Shown: positions 23,740 to 37,351, numbered from the stretch's first letter. The stretch: 64,000 bases of DNA from Cycas panzhihuaensis (GCA_023213395.1 CM041465.1:102121741-102185740), one strand, 5' to 3'. A program made the numbers and translations. The notes: a model not told the origin generated them from the letters alone.

Positions 23740-26700
23740 ATATTAATTTTACAAGTATTGCGAATTAATAGTCCTTCAAAATTTGATACCCTTGAGAGTG
23801 GCTAAGTAATAGGCTATATTATCTAGATCTTTGATGACCAAGTAGGGACTGACCTACTTGGGAGTAAACATTTTCTTTTTGACATGTAGTTATTCCAACA
23901 TGAGAACTTTTTCACCCACTCAAAACTTTCTAGGCCTAAGGTATTTATCATGAGTCGCTTAGGCTCTAACCTTAAAAGATAAATTCTTTTAATAGTTTTC
24001 ATAAAAGATTTCAAGCTCAAAAAGCCAAGACTACCTTGGGCATTCCTTATTTGTAAATTCTTTAAGTGACACTCAGAGTGAGGGGATCTCAACCTTTAAG
24101 GGAAGAATAGCTTTGGTTCCATACACTAAAGAGAAAGATGTCATTCTTGTCACATTTCATATAGAAGCCCGCAAGGCATGAGACAATTAAATGTGCCAAT
24201 CCTAATGGGAAGTGATTACTGTTTTGGCTAGAATCTTAGCTATCATTTTATTGAAGGCTTCAATTTGGCCATTTGGCTGAGAATAATAAGGAGATGACAC
24301 ATGGTGTGTAATATGGAGCTTTTTACATTGTTCATTGTTATGGTTATTGTAAAAAGAGGTTCCATTATCAATGATAATAACATTAGGGATCCCAAATCTA
24401 CAAATGATATGTTGGAATATGAATGTGGTAATTACCTTCTCTATTGTAGTAATTAATAGAATATTCTCACTCTATTTTGCAAAATATTTTACAGCAGTTA
24501 AGATAAGCTTATGACCATGTGACAATGGAGGGTAAATTTTCCTGATAAGGTTAAGAACCTATTGGGAGAATGGCCAAGGAGAGATAACAACTTTAAGTGA
24601 CATAGGTGGTTGGTGAATTGTGGAGGAATATGCTTAACACTTCTCATATTACTATACATATACATGCACATCTTTAAAAATGGTAGGCTAGTAATACTTC
24701 ATCCTAAGGATGTGTTGGGAAATGGTTTGGCCACCAAACAGACCCCCACATATGCCATCATGGTATTCCATCAAACCAACTTGTGCTTCTAAAGGTATGA
24801 GGCATCTTAATAAAATTCTATCAAAAGAGAGCTTACAAAGAACTTCATCTAAAAGTAAATATTGGTATACTTCTTAGACTCTCTTCCTTTTTTTGGAAGA
24901 GGCGCTCAGAGGATAGGCTTAATCTTGTAAGTAGCCTTGAATATCCTTGTACTAATTGATTTCATTTATAATAATATCAGCATGGAAAATGTGCTCATAG
25001 GGGAGCAAGTCATTGACAATGTCATTACATTCATTAGGAAGGGGTGATATGGTTAAGTGCTTAGTAATAACCATTCCTTTCTTTGACTTGTGATCGAGTA
25101 TCAATAAGTCAAACTCTTAAAGCAATAAAGCCTATTTACCTACTCGCCTAATGAGATTAGTCTTAGTAAGTAAGATTTAAATTAGATTTGATTGTGTAAT
25201 GCTATAGGTGGTATTACTAAATAAATATTGGCATAAATTCCTAGTTTAAATCTAGGGCCAAGCACTCCTTTTCAGATAATGAGTAATTTGCCTTTGTGAC
25301 AACCAATGTGTAGCTAATAAAATATATGGTTTTCCCATACCCAAACTTGTCTTCCTAGGCAAGCATGCCCCTAAGGGTTTTCTCGGAGGAAGAGGTATGC
25401 AAAATGAAGGGTTTATCAAATATTGGCAGAGCAAGGGTAGGAGCAAAAACCAATGTCTATTTGAGTTTATTAAATAAATTTTGAATGATCAAGGTCCATT
25501 TGAGAGAGGCTCCTTTCTTAAGGAGGTTCATGAGGGGTTTCACATTTATAGTGAAGTTAGCTATAAATCATTGAAGAAACCCTAGTCTTCTAAGAAATAA
25601 CTTGATTTAATTTTGGTTATGAGGTGGGGGTATTTCAACTATAACTTTCACCTTATCAAGTTCTACCTTGATGCCATCCTTTGAAATAATATTGTTTAGT
25701 ATCTTGCCTAAGGTAACAACAAATATGCATTTATTGGGATTGAAGCACAATTGATACTTACGATAACTTTTGAAAATAGTTCTTAGATCATGAATATGAT
25801 CCTTTTGGTAACATGACGACCCCAACATATCATCTAGGTAGACCACAATTATGATACCAATCAAGTCATGAAAGATAAATACCATCACTCATTAGTGAGT
25901 AGCTCATGTATTCTTTATGCTAAAAGGTATGACCTTACAAGTGAATGTCCCCCATGGTGCATTGAATACAATTTTATGATGGTCTTTAGGTGAGAAAAGA
26001 ATCTAATTACACTTAAAGTTCATCCATAAGGGACATTACTTCAAAGTTGATAGTTTGATGCCATATTTGGTTAATGAATGGTAGTGGAAAATTATCTTTG
26101 AGGTAGACATTATTAATATCATAAAAGTCAATACATATATAAATTGAGCCATTCTATTTAGCAATAGGTATGATGTTTAATGCCTATTGCTAATAATCCA
26201 CCACCTCAATAAAACTAACTTTTAAAAGTTTTTTGATCTTTTACTTAAATTGCCACAGATAAGTAAGAATGAATGGGCCTTTGCCTTTGCCCCTTAGGCT
26301 TGGCCCTAAGAGTGATGGTAATATTATGTACTACAACATTAGGGTGAAGGTCCTTTATATCATTGTAGTCCTAAATGAAGATAGAAGAGAACTCTAAAAG
26401 AGTTCCTTAAGTTCCTTAATTTTATAGGGGGAGCACTTAGCTCCCACTTTGGTCACCCTAGGTTTATTGTTGATTTCAAGGTTGATGTTGATGTTGTCTC
26501 CTACCAATATGGAGTTATCCTCCTTAAAGTGAAGAGGAATGAAGTCTATCAAAGGTGGAGGAGAAGAAGTATTTTGACTCAAATCAACTAAAGGTTATGT
26601 TGGATATGCTTGGCATAGACAAGCCTATGACGATTTGGTGGGAAAATAAGAGAAGTTCCTACTAAATATTCCAAAATAGCCTCATCATTTTCGAATCGAT

Positions 26701-27800
26701 TAAGATAAAAATGGCTCTTAGAACTAGACCTTCCTGAGAAGGAGGATCATGAGGATGTAAATCAAATGTGCTCAACTCCTAAGATGACATATTAGAAACA
26801 TAGGAAAGAATATCAACAAGAGCAGTTTGCTCTAGGGAAGGACCCATTTAAGGAGGAAATCCTAGACAAGTTGAGTGAATAGATCAAACTATAAATTATG
26901 AGCAAGTTGAGTTATTAGATCAAAAGAGAGAATGATAAGGGGGAAAGCATCTTCCTCATTTTTAAAGGGTAGGCTTGCAATGAGATAGATTGAAGGAGGA
27001 TCAACTTATGGAAAGACCATGGTGATCATATTAACCTCTTTTGGATTAACCTTACTTTCTACTAGGAGAGGTTCTATTGTAAAATATTATCCAAATCCCC
27101 ATGAATCAAAAGGACAAAGATTGTATCAACCAATGATATAGAGTGTTTAATGGGTTTTCTCTTGTACTTAATGGCCTTAAGCTCGCCTTCATGAAGGAAT
27201 TTGAGCTCTCTAAAGAGTGAAGAATAAATAGTTGACATTTGACTAATCCACAATTAACCTAGTAACATATTCAAGTCAAGAGCAATGATGGTCATCTAAA
27301 TTATGACTGTTTTTTCTACTAGTGTGAGGGGGAGGGTAACTTGACCTATAGGAGTCTTTTGATTCTTATCATAGCCATTACACACCTAATTTATAGGTTC
27401 AAATAATGATACCTCTAAATCCTCCAAGAGTTGGAGAGAAATGGCATTAATTATAGACCCTTTATTAACTATACATCTCTTAATATTAATATCTATTTTA
27501 TGGATCTCAATATAGAAGGGGGATGTATCATTATGATTCCTCTCCTCCTCACTAGCTATTATGAGAGGGTTAAATAATAAAGTGGGTTTGCTAGGTGTAG
27601 AAGGCCTAGGCACTCCTAAAGTATCAAGAAAGAGTTGCTTTTGGTCAAGAAAACTCTTAAGAAGATCCATGATATATATCTTGGCTAGGACAATCTTTAA
27701 CTCTTCTATAAGTAAGAAGGCACCCTCCTTTGTATATTGTGAAATAGACCTAAAATGAATAAGCTTAACTAGTATTTGATTAGAGGAATCCAACATCTTA
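23740..27800 (-). pseudogene. E2 pol: protease, RT, RNase H, integrase
   Basis: RCIVNKGSIINAI (PR), IFHDLIGIIIVVYLDDML...FNPNKCIFVVTLGKIL (RT), YHDGICGGLFGG (INT Zn finger), WPFSQ, ANGQIEAFNK, VGPYLVIKDL (GPY). Confidence 0.9.
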
Positions 27801-28406
27801 GATAAGGAATCATCATTGAGGGGTTTAGTTATGGCGGGGACTTAGTTTTCTCCACCATGGTAATGGTCTTTTGAGGCTTTCTACTCTTGGGAGGTGGTTT
27901 ATTTTGGGACTTTACTTTCTTAGTATTATGTTTAGGTGATAGGAAGTGTTTCTTCTTAGACTCAAAATCTAAGTTTTTAGCTTTACTATCATCTTTGGGT
28001 TTAGCTTTGCCATTATCATCGAGAGGCTTCTTATTATGGTTAAGTTAAGGATCTCTATGGATTAATTAGTCTTGGGTTGGTTTGTCATTAGCTTGACAAC
28101 GTTGAGCAAAATCCTTAATCTTGTAATAACTATTTTGATTGTGTGAGCTAGTCCTATGGTAGGGACACCAAAGTGTCCGTTTAAAGGGTTGACTATCAGA
28201 ATCTTGATCTTTCTTTTTCTTAGCATAATGGATGACTTTTGTTTTCCTTTTAACTATAAGAATAGGAGATGAGTCAATGTGAAACTTGGTATTGATAGAC
28301 CTCTCTAAGGCTCGAATAATAGATGTAAGGAGATCATAGGTGTAATCACCTTGGGAAGATTTTGATTCTTAGGTACAATTAGATCTATCTTTAGGTACAA
28401 GAGGTA
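27801..28406 (-). pseudogene. E2 gag, C-terminal part with Zn knuckle
   Basis: LWCPYHRTSSHNQNS near 28130-28175; N-terminal part probably at 35887-36560. Confidence 0.6.
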
Positions 28407-28508
28407 TGAAAGTGTATTTCACTTAAGTGATCTAATTTAAAGTTTACTTAAGACCCTTTTTAGAAACAATCAACTAATATAATGACCATGTAATATTAAC
28501 CCGTTTCA
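28407..28508 (-). repeat. E5 3' LTR (internally deleted, 102 bp)
   Basis: Matches only the last ~100 bp of 35589-35886. Confidence 0.85.
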
Positions 28509-28810
28509 ATCTCCCCCTTAATGGTAGAAGGTCATTTCATTCTATTTTATTCTATTCTATGAGGTCTTCATTTGAGCCTCTTACAAAGCAAACTACTATG
28601 ACATTTTTGTGGAAAACCCTCATGGGGAAGAAAATCCACAGATTTTCTAATCTACTAACTTAGCTCAGGCGACTATTTAAATGAAGCCAAATAGCCAATC
28701 AGTATAATAAATTTTGTAGCTGAAATCTACTAGGTCTCCATATACCATTTGGTTATCCCCTATGCCCTTTCAGGTTTTCATAGGTTCTAATTTTCTAAAA
28801 TGATACAACC

Positions 28811-28915
28811 CTTACCCTTTCGCACTCACAAGGGGCTTTCATGAATGGGATAGAGCAGAGACTTACTCTTGTCCTTCTGTGCTCACAAGGGGTTTTCATA
28901 AATGAGACAGAGTAT
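28811..28915. repeat. ~51-bp tandem dimer in the E5 3' UTR (homologue in E4 at ~43352-43460)
   Basis: CTTAC...CTCACAAGGGGYTTTCATRAATGRGAYAGAG twice. Confidence 0.75.
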
Positions 28916-28983
28916 GATAGTCCTATTGTCATCTCCTTCAATCAGTCGGAGATGGAGGTCCTAAGGCTGAGTTGTTTTCGAAA

Positions 28984-31900
28984 CTATTCAAATTTCACCC
29001 TCTTTAGTGGTTTGATGAAGATATCGACCATTTGATCTGCTATGAGGAAGTACTCTAGCTGAATTGTGTCATCATAAACTAGTTCTCTAATCTTGTAGAC
29101 TTTTGTACTTATATGTTTAGTACGATCATGAAATACAAGATTTTTAGCCATTTGGATTATAGATTGATTATCTACATGTAAGTTAGTAGAACTTGTTTGG
29201 GTGGTATTTAATATATTCAACAATGGTTTAAGCCATATCACCTCCTTGTTTGTTTCAGAAGAAACAATATATTTAGCTTCGGTAGTTGAGTATGCAACTA
29301 TCTTCTGTCGTATGGATCTCCATGATATTGGTGTTGTTCCAAGAAATGTTACGTACCCAAATGTAGATCTTCCTGTGTCTTTATCTCCAACAAAGTTTGA
29401 GTTTTTGTATGCATAAAATATAAATTTTGTATTAAGTTCATACAACAGACCATATTTGCTGGTCGTCTTCAAGTACGTCAATACTCGTATAGTAGTTTGC
29501 CAGTGATTTTGCTTAGGATTTGTTATGAATCTTGCAGGAATGCCGATAGAGTGTGCAATATCTAGCCTTGTGTTGGTAGTATAGATGAGACTACCTACAA
29601 GTTGCCTGTAAAGTGTTGCATCGGCCTCCTTAGTGTCACCATCAGCTAAGAGTTTAACATTAGGTTCCATAGGTATAGCCACTGGTCGAGTACCTTCCAA
29701 CTGAAACTTTGTTAGAAAATCGTTGATATATTTTTTTTGGGAGAGAAATATTTTGCCATTCTTTTGAGTTACTTCAATTTCCAAGTAATATTTCATCAAT
29801 TCGAGGTCAGACAATTCAAAAGTTTTAGTAAAGTCCTTCAATTGGCTGATTACCTATTCACTATTCCCTGCTATTAGCATATCATCCACAAAGATTAAGA
29901 GGTAAGTGACTTTATCATTTTGGCGCTTGTTGAATAGTGTTGCATCAATATTTTGTTACAAAATTCATATCCAAGTTGCCTCATTCTTTTAGATAATTTG
30001 GTAAATCAAGCATAAGGGGCTTGTTTTAGGCTGTACAAGGACTTTCTGAGCCTGTAAACTTTATGCTCCTAATTGATAATCTTGTATCCTTCTAGTTGAG
30101 CCATGTAAATTTCTTCTTTAAGGTCTCTATTAAGAAATGTGGTCTTAACATCAAGTTGGTGGATTTTCTAACCCTGTTGAGTAGCCAACGCTATAAGAGT
30201 TTTGATTATAGGCCACTTGGTTATAGGAGCAAATATTTCAGTGTAGTCGATGCCTTCCCTTTGCGTGAATCGTTTTGTTACCAATCTCGCCTTATGTTTT
30301 TCTAGGGTACCATCTAATATGTACTTGTTTTTGAACATCTATTTGTTTTAAACTACCTTTCTTCCAAGTGGTAGATAAATAAGCTTCCATGTACCATTTT
30401 TTATAAGAGATTGGTACTTTTCGTTCATGGTATTTCTCCAAGTTGTATGCTTTACAACGTTTTGGTATGTTAGGGGCTCTTCATTAAGAGTAAGGTGCAG
30501 TTCTGTTGGTTCAAGCTCAATGAAAAGCGATTAATGCATCCTTGCCCTATGGGCACTTGTAGTGCCAGTTTTTTCTATCTCATCTAGTTGTACGTCCTTG
30601 TGTAGCTAGTAGGCTTCGTGAAAACCTCGAGTTGAAAATGGGATTTTCATTTCCATAGCCTCTTAGTCTTTATTTTGATCTTAAAAAAGATCATGTGAAA
30701 TGTTTGGCATGAAGGAAGTTGACGATGCTGAAGAAGATGGGTCAGTCACTGATGTTAAAGAAGGTGATCCTTCTACTATGGCTTTGCCTTTGTCAACTTG
30801 GCTATTTTCAAATGATGGTACTAGATATGCACACATTGGCTGCGAGTCACAACTTGTATCCTTCGTGGCTCTATTATCAAAATCCAAGATTTTAAGCAAC
30901 TGTTGAGCATCTTCCCCCCTAAATTTTAGAATCTAGACATCAAATTCAATAGCATCATTAAATCGGTATAAAGGTAGCTTCGAATCAAGTCGAGTAATTG
31001 ATCTTCAGTCTCTGTAAAGATAATGATTTTATGTTATGAAGGTAGGAAAACCTTGTATCTCTTTTTGTCTATAGGGTATCCGACAAAGATGCCTTTGAGG
31101 GCTCTATCTTAGAGCTTGTTTTTGTGTTTCTAGAGAATGTGATCATAACAAGAGCCAAAAATTTTGAAGTGGGAGATAGAGGGGGTTTGTCCATACTACA
31201 ATTCATATGGAGAGGGGACGAACTTAGAGGGACTAACGGTGTTGATGCAATACACGACAGTCCAGATAATCTCAGCCCAAAGATAGATAGGGACATTCTT
31301 ATATATTAGCATAGCATGAGCCATACTCATGATGGTCCTATTCATGCGCTTGTAAACTCTATTTTGTTGGGGTGTACCAACAACAGTGATATGATGTATG
31401 ATCCCATGGTGACGTAGATACGATTCAAACTTATTAGAGGTGTACTCGCCACCATTGTCAATCCTAAGTATTTTGATCTTGAATCTAGATTCATTTTCCA
31501 CTCAGACCTTGAAAGCTTGAAACATAGAAAAGGCTTTATCTTTCTTTGTATGAAAAGCAACCCATACTTTCTTGATAAAATCATCAATGAAAGTAATATA
31601 GTACCACTTATGTTTGAGAGAAGAGATGGGCATAGGACTGCATATATCTGAGTGTACAAGTTGCAAACGTTGGCTGGATTTCCACTGACTATGGGGAAAG
31701 GGTTATCTTTAAGATTTGGCAATGATACATGCTTTGCATTTGAAGGGCTTAAAGGAGAGCCTAGACATACTAAGAAGAGTGGCATGTGGTTCTCTTAAAT
31801 GATTAATTTTGATATGGCCCATATAAACATGCCATAGGGCCACTTGGAATAACTTTTGAGGAGTCAAGGTTGTTGTAAAAGCAGAGTCATCATCAACATA

Positions 31901-33480
31901 GTTAGCTTCAGAGGATGGTGAGCCAATTAGGCAAAAAAGTTTGCCATCAAGAATTTCGGTCATAACCACAGCATTTGAAGGAGGATGAATGATATAGAGA
32001 GTTTAATTATTTACAGTTACACTAAGATCAAATCCACGAGAGACAAGGGTGGATAGGGAGAGCAGGTTTTTCTTTAGAGTTGAAATATATAAAACATCAA
32101 CAAGGGTAAAATCTGGAAGGCCTAGGAGTTTCAGGCAAATAGTCCCAAGTCCTTCGACTGGCTGAGATGATTTGTCAATCATGTAGATAACACCACAAAC
32201 TTTAGAGTCAAAATCCTGAAAGAACTAGCGATGATAAGTCATATGTTATGTTGTTCTAGTATCCATGATTCAAGATGAAGTATTTGAGGTGGCACTATTT
32301 ATAACGTCAAGTGGTGAAGGCAAAAGTGAATAAGCATAGCCACAATGAGCCTCAATATACTTAGTGGATCTATCAATAACATTTGATGAAGTGGTCCCAA
32401 TTCTTTGAAGGTGTGCATGAGCAAATTGCGTTCCACCAAAAGCATCTTCAAAAGAAGTATTATCAACATTATATGCACCATAGCATTGTTGATAGCTTGG
32501 TAGTTTGTTGGTGGTAGTTCTGCAATTTTTGGCATAGTGTCATTTTTTATTACAACTTTGGCAAACAATTATTTGATTTCTAGTCCCATAAGAAGTATTG
32601 GGCTGGTTGGATTGTCTGATTACTGGATCTAGGTCTAGGTTGATTATTTTGGCCTTGGCCTTGAGAGTGTTTTTGTTGGAGTTGAGGAGCCTATTGACTA
32701 AGAGGACATTATCCTTATTGTCTACCTCTGCCTCTTCCATAAGAATAACCACCTCTGCGAGAGTATTGACCTTGATTTTTGGTATAAAAAAGATCTTCTT
32801 CCACTTCAAAAGCAGCATCAACTGGATATGATGTAGTGGCAAAGTTGGTATCAAAGGTCTTATCAAATTCAATAAACTTATCAACAAGAGTCTCAAAGTT
32901 TAGGGTCTTTAAAGTGACACTAGATTTAAGATTTCCTAGTAGATTTTTGTAATCTGGGATATTGAGACATGACTGAATTAAGAAAGTTCATGTAATGCAT
33001 TGAGTTTTGAAATCTTTATCAATGACTTGCTTGATTGGATGAAGGAGATTGATTGTCTCACTTGTGTATCCTTTCTACATTTTTAATTTATTCATCTTCA
33101 GCACTAAGTGAACAAATTCTAAGTCTAATTTAGTGTCAAAGTTCTTCTTAAGAACTTCAAGAAAATTTCATGCTGTATTATTTATAGCTTCATCAATGAG
33201 ATTATGTAGGGAATAATCAGTGACAAGAAGTATTCTTGCACAGATTTTATCATCATCAAGTTCTTATTGGCATTTTGCTGCAGCTTCAGTGGGAGCAGTT
33301 AGAGCACCTCCTCCAAAAGTAGCTGTGGTAGTTGTAGTAGTAACAAATGGTATAAATTGCAACTGATCTCTCCAAATGTCTTCATACTTTGTAGTATTTC
33401 TAATACTAGTGAACCACATGTCCTAATTTTCTTTCCCTTTAAGAATGCAATTCATATTTTGCCTAAACTGTGAAGACGTG
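28984..33480 (-). pseudogene. E5 gag-pol
   Basis: NCILKGKEN*DMWF (gag), LWHVYMGH...CKACIIAKS and RIDNGGEYTS (INT), LYRQLVGSLIY (RT), AYSTTEAKY...DNQSII...FHDRTKHI...QMVDIFIKPL (RH). Confidence 0.92.
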
Positions 33481-33644
33481 ATGTCTTTTAAAAAGGAAAG
33501 AAATAAACATGGGACTATAAAAGTGATAGCAATAAATGACCAATCACTATTTACAAATAGGAGATGCAATGAAGCACTGTAGCAAAAGGAAGAAGAAGTG
33601 AGAATGGTTACTAAAAAATAAAGGGAGTAACTTAGAGAAAAGTC

Positions 33645-33835
33645 ACCAATACTTGTGACAAATATTAACCTGACGCAATAGGAATATGAGAAGCACTATG
33701 ATGAAAATTAGCCACTAACACTTGTGGCAAATATTAACTTGACGCAGTAGGAATATGATAAGTACTATGATGAAAATTAACCACTAACGCTTGTGGCAAA
33801 TATTAACTTGACATAGTAGGAATATGAGAAGCAAG
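33645..33835. repeat. 70-bp tandem array, ~2.7 copies, in the E5 leader
   Basis: ACTTGTGGCAAATATTAACTTGACGCAGTAGGAATATGAGAAGCACTATGATGAAAATTAGCCACTAAC repeated. Confidence 0.9.
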
Positions 33836-34724
33836 ATGATTATGATTACACTATGGATCACTTTTTACAAATAAGTAAGTGATTAATATATAAGATTGTA
33901 GGCCAATGTGGAAGCTAACATCATTAGGTATATACAACTTGAAACTTAAATATAGGATATGTAATCAAACCAATAACCTCTAACTTGTGTTCAACATGTA
34001 GTTGAGGTTGTTAAAAGGATGCCTAGGCTTCTAGTAGAATTAAGTTGGCCTTCACCTACGATACTCGCAATTGTGCTTGGTGATGAAATTAAAGTCACAA
34101 CGGAGCCTAGGTACTCCCAATCCTCATCCAGTTCACCAATGAAGAGCTATATACCTCCTCTAAAGAGTGGTATGTGCATACCTATGACTATGACGAATAT
34201 TAGATTGGGTATATTTTAATCTTGTAATTAAGTTTCAGTTTTTCTTGTTGCTTATCAGGATGATCCCTCATTGAGGCACTATGGAATAGCTAATCAAACC
34301 TCACCAACATTCCAGTTCAGTCTAGTCCCAACTTGAAACCTACACTTCCTTTATGGTACGACATTCTGCCAACCAAGGTATTTCAACATTGGTAAGTGTG
34401 TGAACAGGTACAAAATAGTGGAAAATAACGTACGTGATGTGTTCCTTTTAGGGAGAGTGAAAATATCATTGAATTTATATCAAACGTATATATAACTGAA
34501 AATAGAGTGTTTGCTTGGAGTGCTTTCTTGGAGTGTCTTTAGAGTACTTGCTTGAAGTAATTTAGGAGTGCTAAAATGCAATGTTGATAAGTGAGTGAGG
34601 ACACCGCATATTACTTCAATCTAGGAGTTTTTTTATTCACTTTTACAATGGGCTTTTAAGCCTTATAAAAAGAAGGAAGAAAAATTCTTCACATTTAAAA
34701 AAAAAAAAAATACAAAAAAGGTAG

Positions 34725-35050
34725 TCTTCATTAAAATAGCAATAACTTTCTTCCGTGATAACAAAATTGAGTACCGATTTTTGTGCTACAAACTAGACTT
34801 AGAGCTTCATCTTCAGAAAGTGGAATCAGGTCCAAATGAGTTTTGGAAAATGTTTGGCAATCTCGCAAAGTTGACAAAATATATATTTAAAAAATTCTTA
34901 TTAAAAATAAGTACTGTTCACTAAAACAGCAATAACTTTCTCACATGGCAACGAAATTAGATGCCAATTTTTGTGCTAGAAACTAGACTCGGAGTCTCAT
35001 CTTTACCAATTGGAACTGGGTCAATTGGAGCTCTGTAGAAGATTTTACAG
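34725..35050. repeat. ~190-bp diverged tandem dimer in the E5 leader
   Basis: AGCAATAACTTTCT...TTTTTGTGCTASAAACTAGACT at ~34738 and ~34928. Confidence 0.75.
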
Positions 35051-35588
35051 GCATGTGAAGTTCAGTAAGCAGATTTTATTTCTGCAGAAATTTTAGCTTG
35101 CTAATATCTCATCAACACATGATACTATATGAAAATTTCATCATTTTTTTATCACTAAGATCCCAATATGGGTAAAGTGAGAGCATATAATGATGGATAT
35201 TTAAATGGATCTAAATTCTTTTAATAAAAACTTGGTAGAATCTCTCTTTATAATCATTCTTCTAAAAGCTAGAAAAATTTCGACAGTATTTTTCCTTATT
35301 AAATGAACAAAAAAAGGGGAAAGAAAAGAAGAATGAGATAGCATAAATAACTACCAAAGGATTGGAAGCATTGGGCCTTACAACTCTTTGTATTGTGCTT
35401 CCAAACTTGCAAAAGAGAAAGGGAAAACAAACAATACTACATATGCTATGATAGGAACTTAAAAATATTTCTAAATCCACTTTCGCAATCTCCTTTACCA
35501 CATGGATTATGGGGAAGAAGGAAGTGATGGCTCCATTGCAAGTGCAAGTGAGGAATATGAAGGAAGCAAGCTCTTCTCTGATACCACA

Positions 35589-35886
35589 TGAAAAGAGTGG
35601 ATCCATCCTTCATCTCCATGCACTAAATTCAAAAGTAAACATTGGGGCAAGAGAGACTTAAGAGAAACATAGTAGCTCTTACAAAATAGGGAGGTAAGAA
35701 TGAGCCTCCTCCATTGAGCTTTTACTTTTATATTGAGAGAGGGAACATTAGAGTTAGGTGAAATGAAATCATACATAATGCACATAAAAGTGCATTTCAC
35801 TTAATTGATCTAATTTAAAGTTCAGTTAAGACCCTTTTTAGAAATAAGCAACTAATGTAATGAATTTGTGACATTAACCCATTTCA
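35589..35886 (-). repeat. E5 5' LTR (298 bp)
   Basis: TGAAA...TTTCA termini, adjacent to the reverse PBS. Confidence 0.85.
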
Positions 35887-36562
35887 AGATGGGCGTTGAT
35901 AGGTAGTGGTCCCTCAATGATGTTGGGTAGGATAAATTGATGGTGGTTAAATAAGAGGTGGTCACATAAAGATAACTTGTGACTAGGGGATATGACTAAA
36001 GAGGTTATCATGAATAGGGTAGCTTGTCCCAACTAATGGCCTAACATGCATATAAGATGAGAAGCCATTGGTTTAATGTGATGATGAAAATATGTAGTCC
36101 CCCAGTAAGGGCTTAGGTGAGATGTCTCTAATGGGGTTATGGACCAATATGTAAACACATACTTGATATGATAGTCTTGGGTATAATCATTGGGATTAAC
36201 ACCCACAAAAGATATATGTGTAAGAGGTATATGTTCCCCTATATCGTGCTTAATGATGCATAAGTAGGCACGAGTCATATCAATTAAGTGAATAGCATGA
36301 TCATAGGGATGCAAGAGGCATGGTGGGGAAATGGACATAGTCTCTCCATGATCATCTTAAAAGCTAGAGTATTGGTAGCCCATAAAGGGACCATAAGATG
36401 TAGATCTATCAATCAATGAAACATTATCACCCAAGTCATTTTGTTCCTCACTAAGGAACTCATAAAGATTAAGACCAATTGGGTCACCAAATAGATACCT
36501 AGCCACATCTTGTGGGATATATGGAATAATATTAGACTCTATGACTGAAGCATTCCTTCTCC

Positions 36563-37004
36563 TGTGAAGATGACCTAAAATAGTTTAGAAAACCCTTAAT
36601 TTTGGCTGACCTCAAATAGCCTAGAAAACCCTTAATTTTAACTAACCTAAAACAGTCCAAAAAACCCTTAATTTTGGCCAACTTCTAATAGGGATTTTGG
36701 TTGACTTAAGCTACTCTTTCTAGGTGACTTACATTCCACCTTTTGGCCAACCTTCACCTAGATTCCTAACTGCCTATATAAAGGGATATTAGGGCTCATT
36801 CTATCTCATCAGAACCAAAGTCTTGGCTACTATAATTTTGACTTTAGGGCTATGTTTTCTTTGGAGGGAACCTTGCCTCGACGAGGGAAGCATTACCAAG
36901 TGCTATCTTATCATTTACACTTCACAATTTTATTAATATTTTCTATTATTTCATAAATTTAGTCATAGATATTTTATACTTCTCCAAATTACTAGTATCA
37001 GAGC
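36563..37004 (+). mobile_element. Orphan LTR plus tRNA-Met PBS (truncated element) inserted in the E2 leader/gag
   Basis: TGTGAAGA start, three ~36-bp subrepeats (GACCTAAAATAG..AAAACCCTTAATTTTGG), TATATAAA at ~36776, TAGTATCAGAGC at 36993-37004. Confidence 0.6.
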
Positions 37005-37328
37005 TATATTTTGGTGTTCTATTCTACATTCGCTCTCTTTTTTTCCAAAAGACTATGCAAGCATTCTATAATGAAACTAGTCTCATAACCCTTTGAGCAC
37101 CTAAAAGTAGGTGCCTGAGAGGGTGTGGAAGAACCCTTAGGCGGAAGGCCTTGGATCCTTATAAACTATTTAGCCTATAGAATAGGTGGAATCTCCTTTA
37201 AGAAAGTGAAATAAATGAAGGATGGAATAATCACCTCACTAATAAGGAAAGGGTGTAAATACAAAGATGTATTAGTGTGACCTCAAGTAATATGGATAGA
37301 TGAAAATATAACTAGGAAGTTTTGACAA

Positions 37329-37346
37329 CTCCTCAGTACGGTCACA
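37329..37346 (-). promoter_or_regulatory. Degenerate PBS of E2
   Basis: Minus strand TGTGACCGTACTGAGGAG after a T-run spacer, similar to the Ogre-type TGGCGAC...CTGGGGA (tRNA-Arg) PBS. Confidence 0.5.
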
Positions 37347-37351
37347 AAAAA

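Larger units (their letters stand above)
28407..35886 (-). mobile_element. E5: decayed Ty1/copia inserted in the E2 gag region
   Basis: LTR homology 28407-28508 vs 35785-35886; reverse PPT ATCTCCCCCTTA 28509-28520; reverse PBS CTCTGATACCA 35576-35586; degenerate TSD AGGTA/AGATG. Confidence 0.9.

Noticed and set aside
34090-34200. Possible hammerhead ribozyme in the conserved copia leader
   Set aside because: No CTGANGA...GAAA core with flanking stems found on either strand
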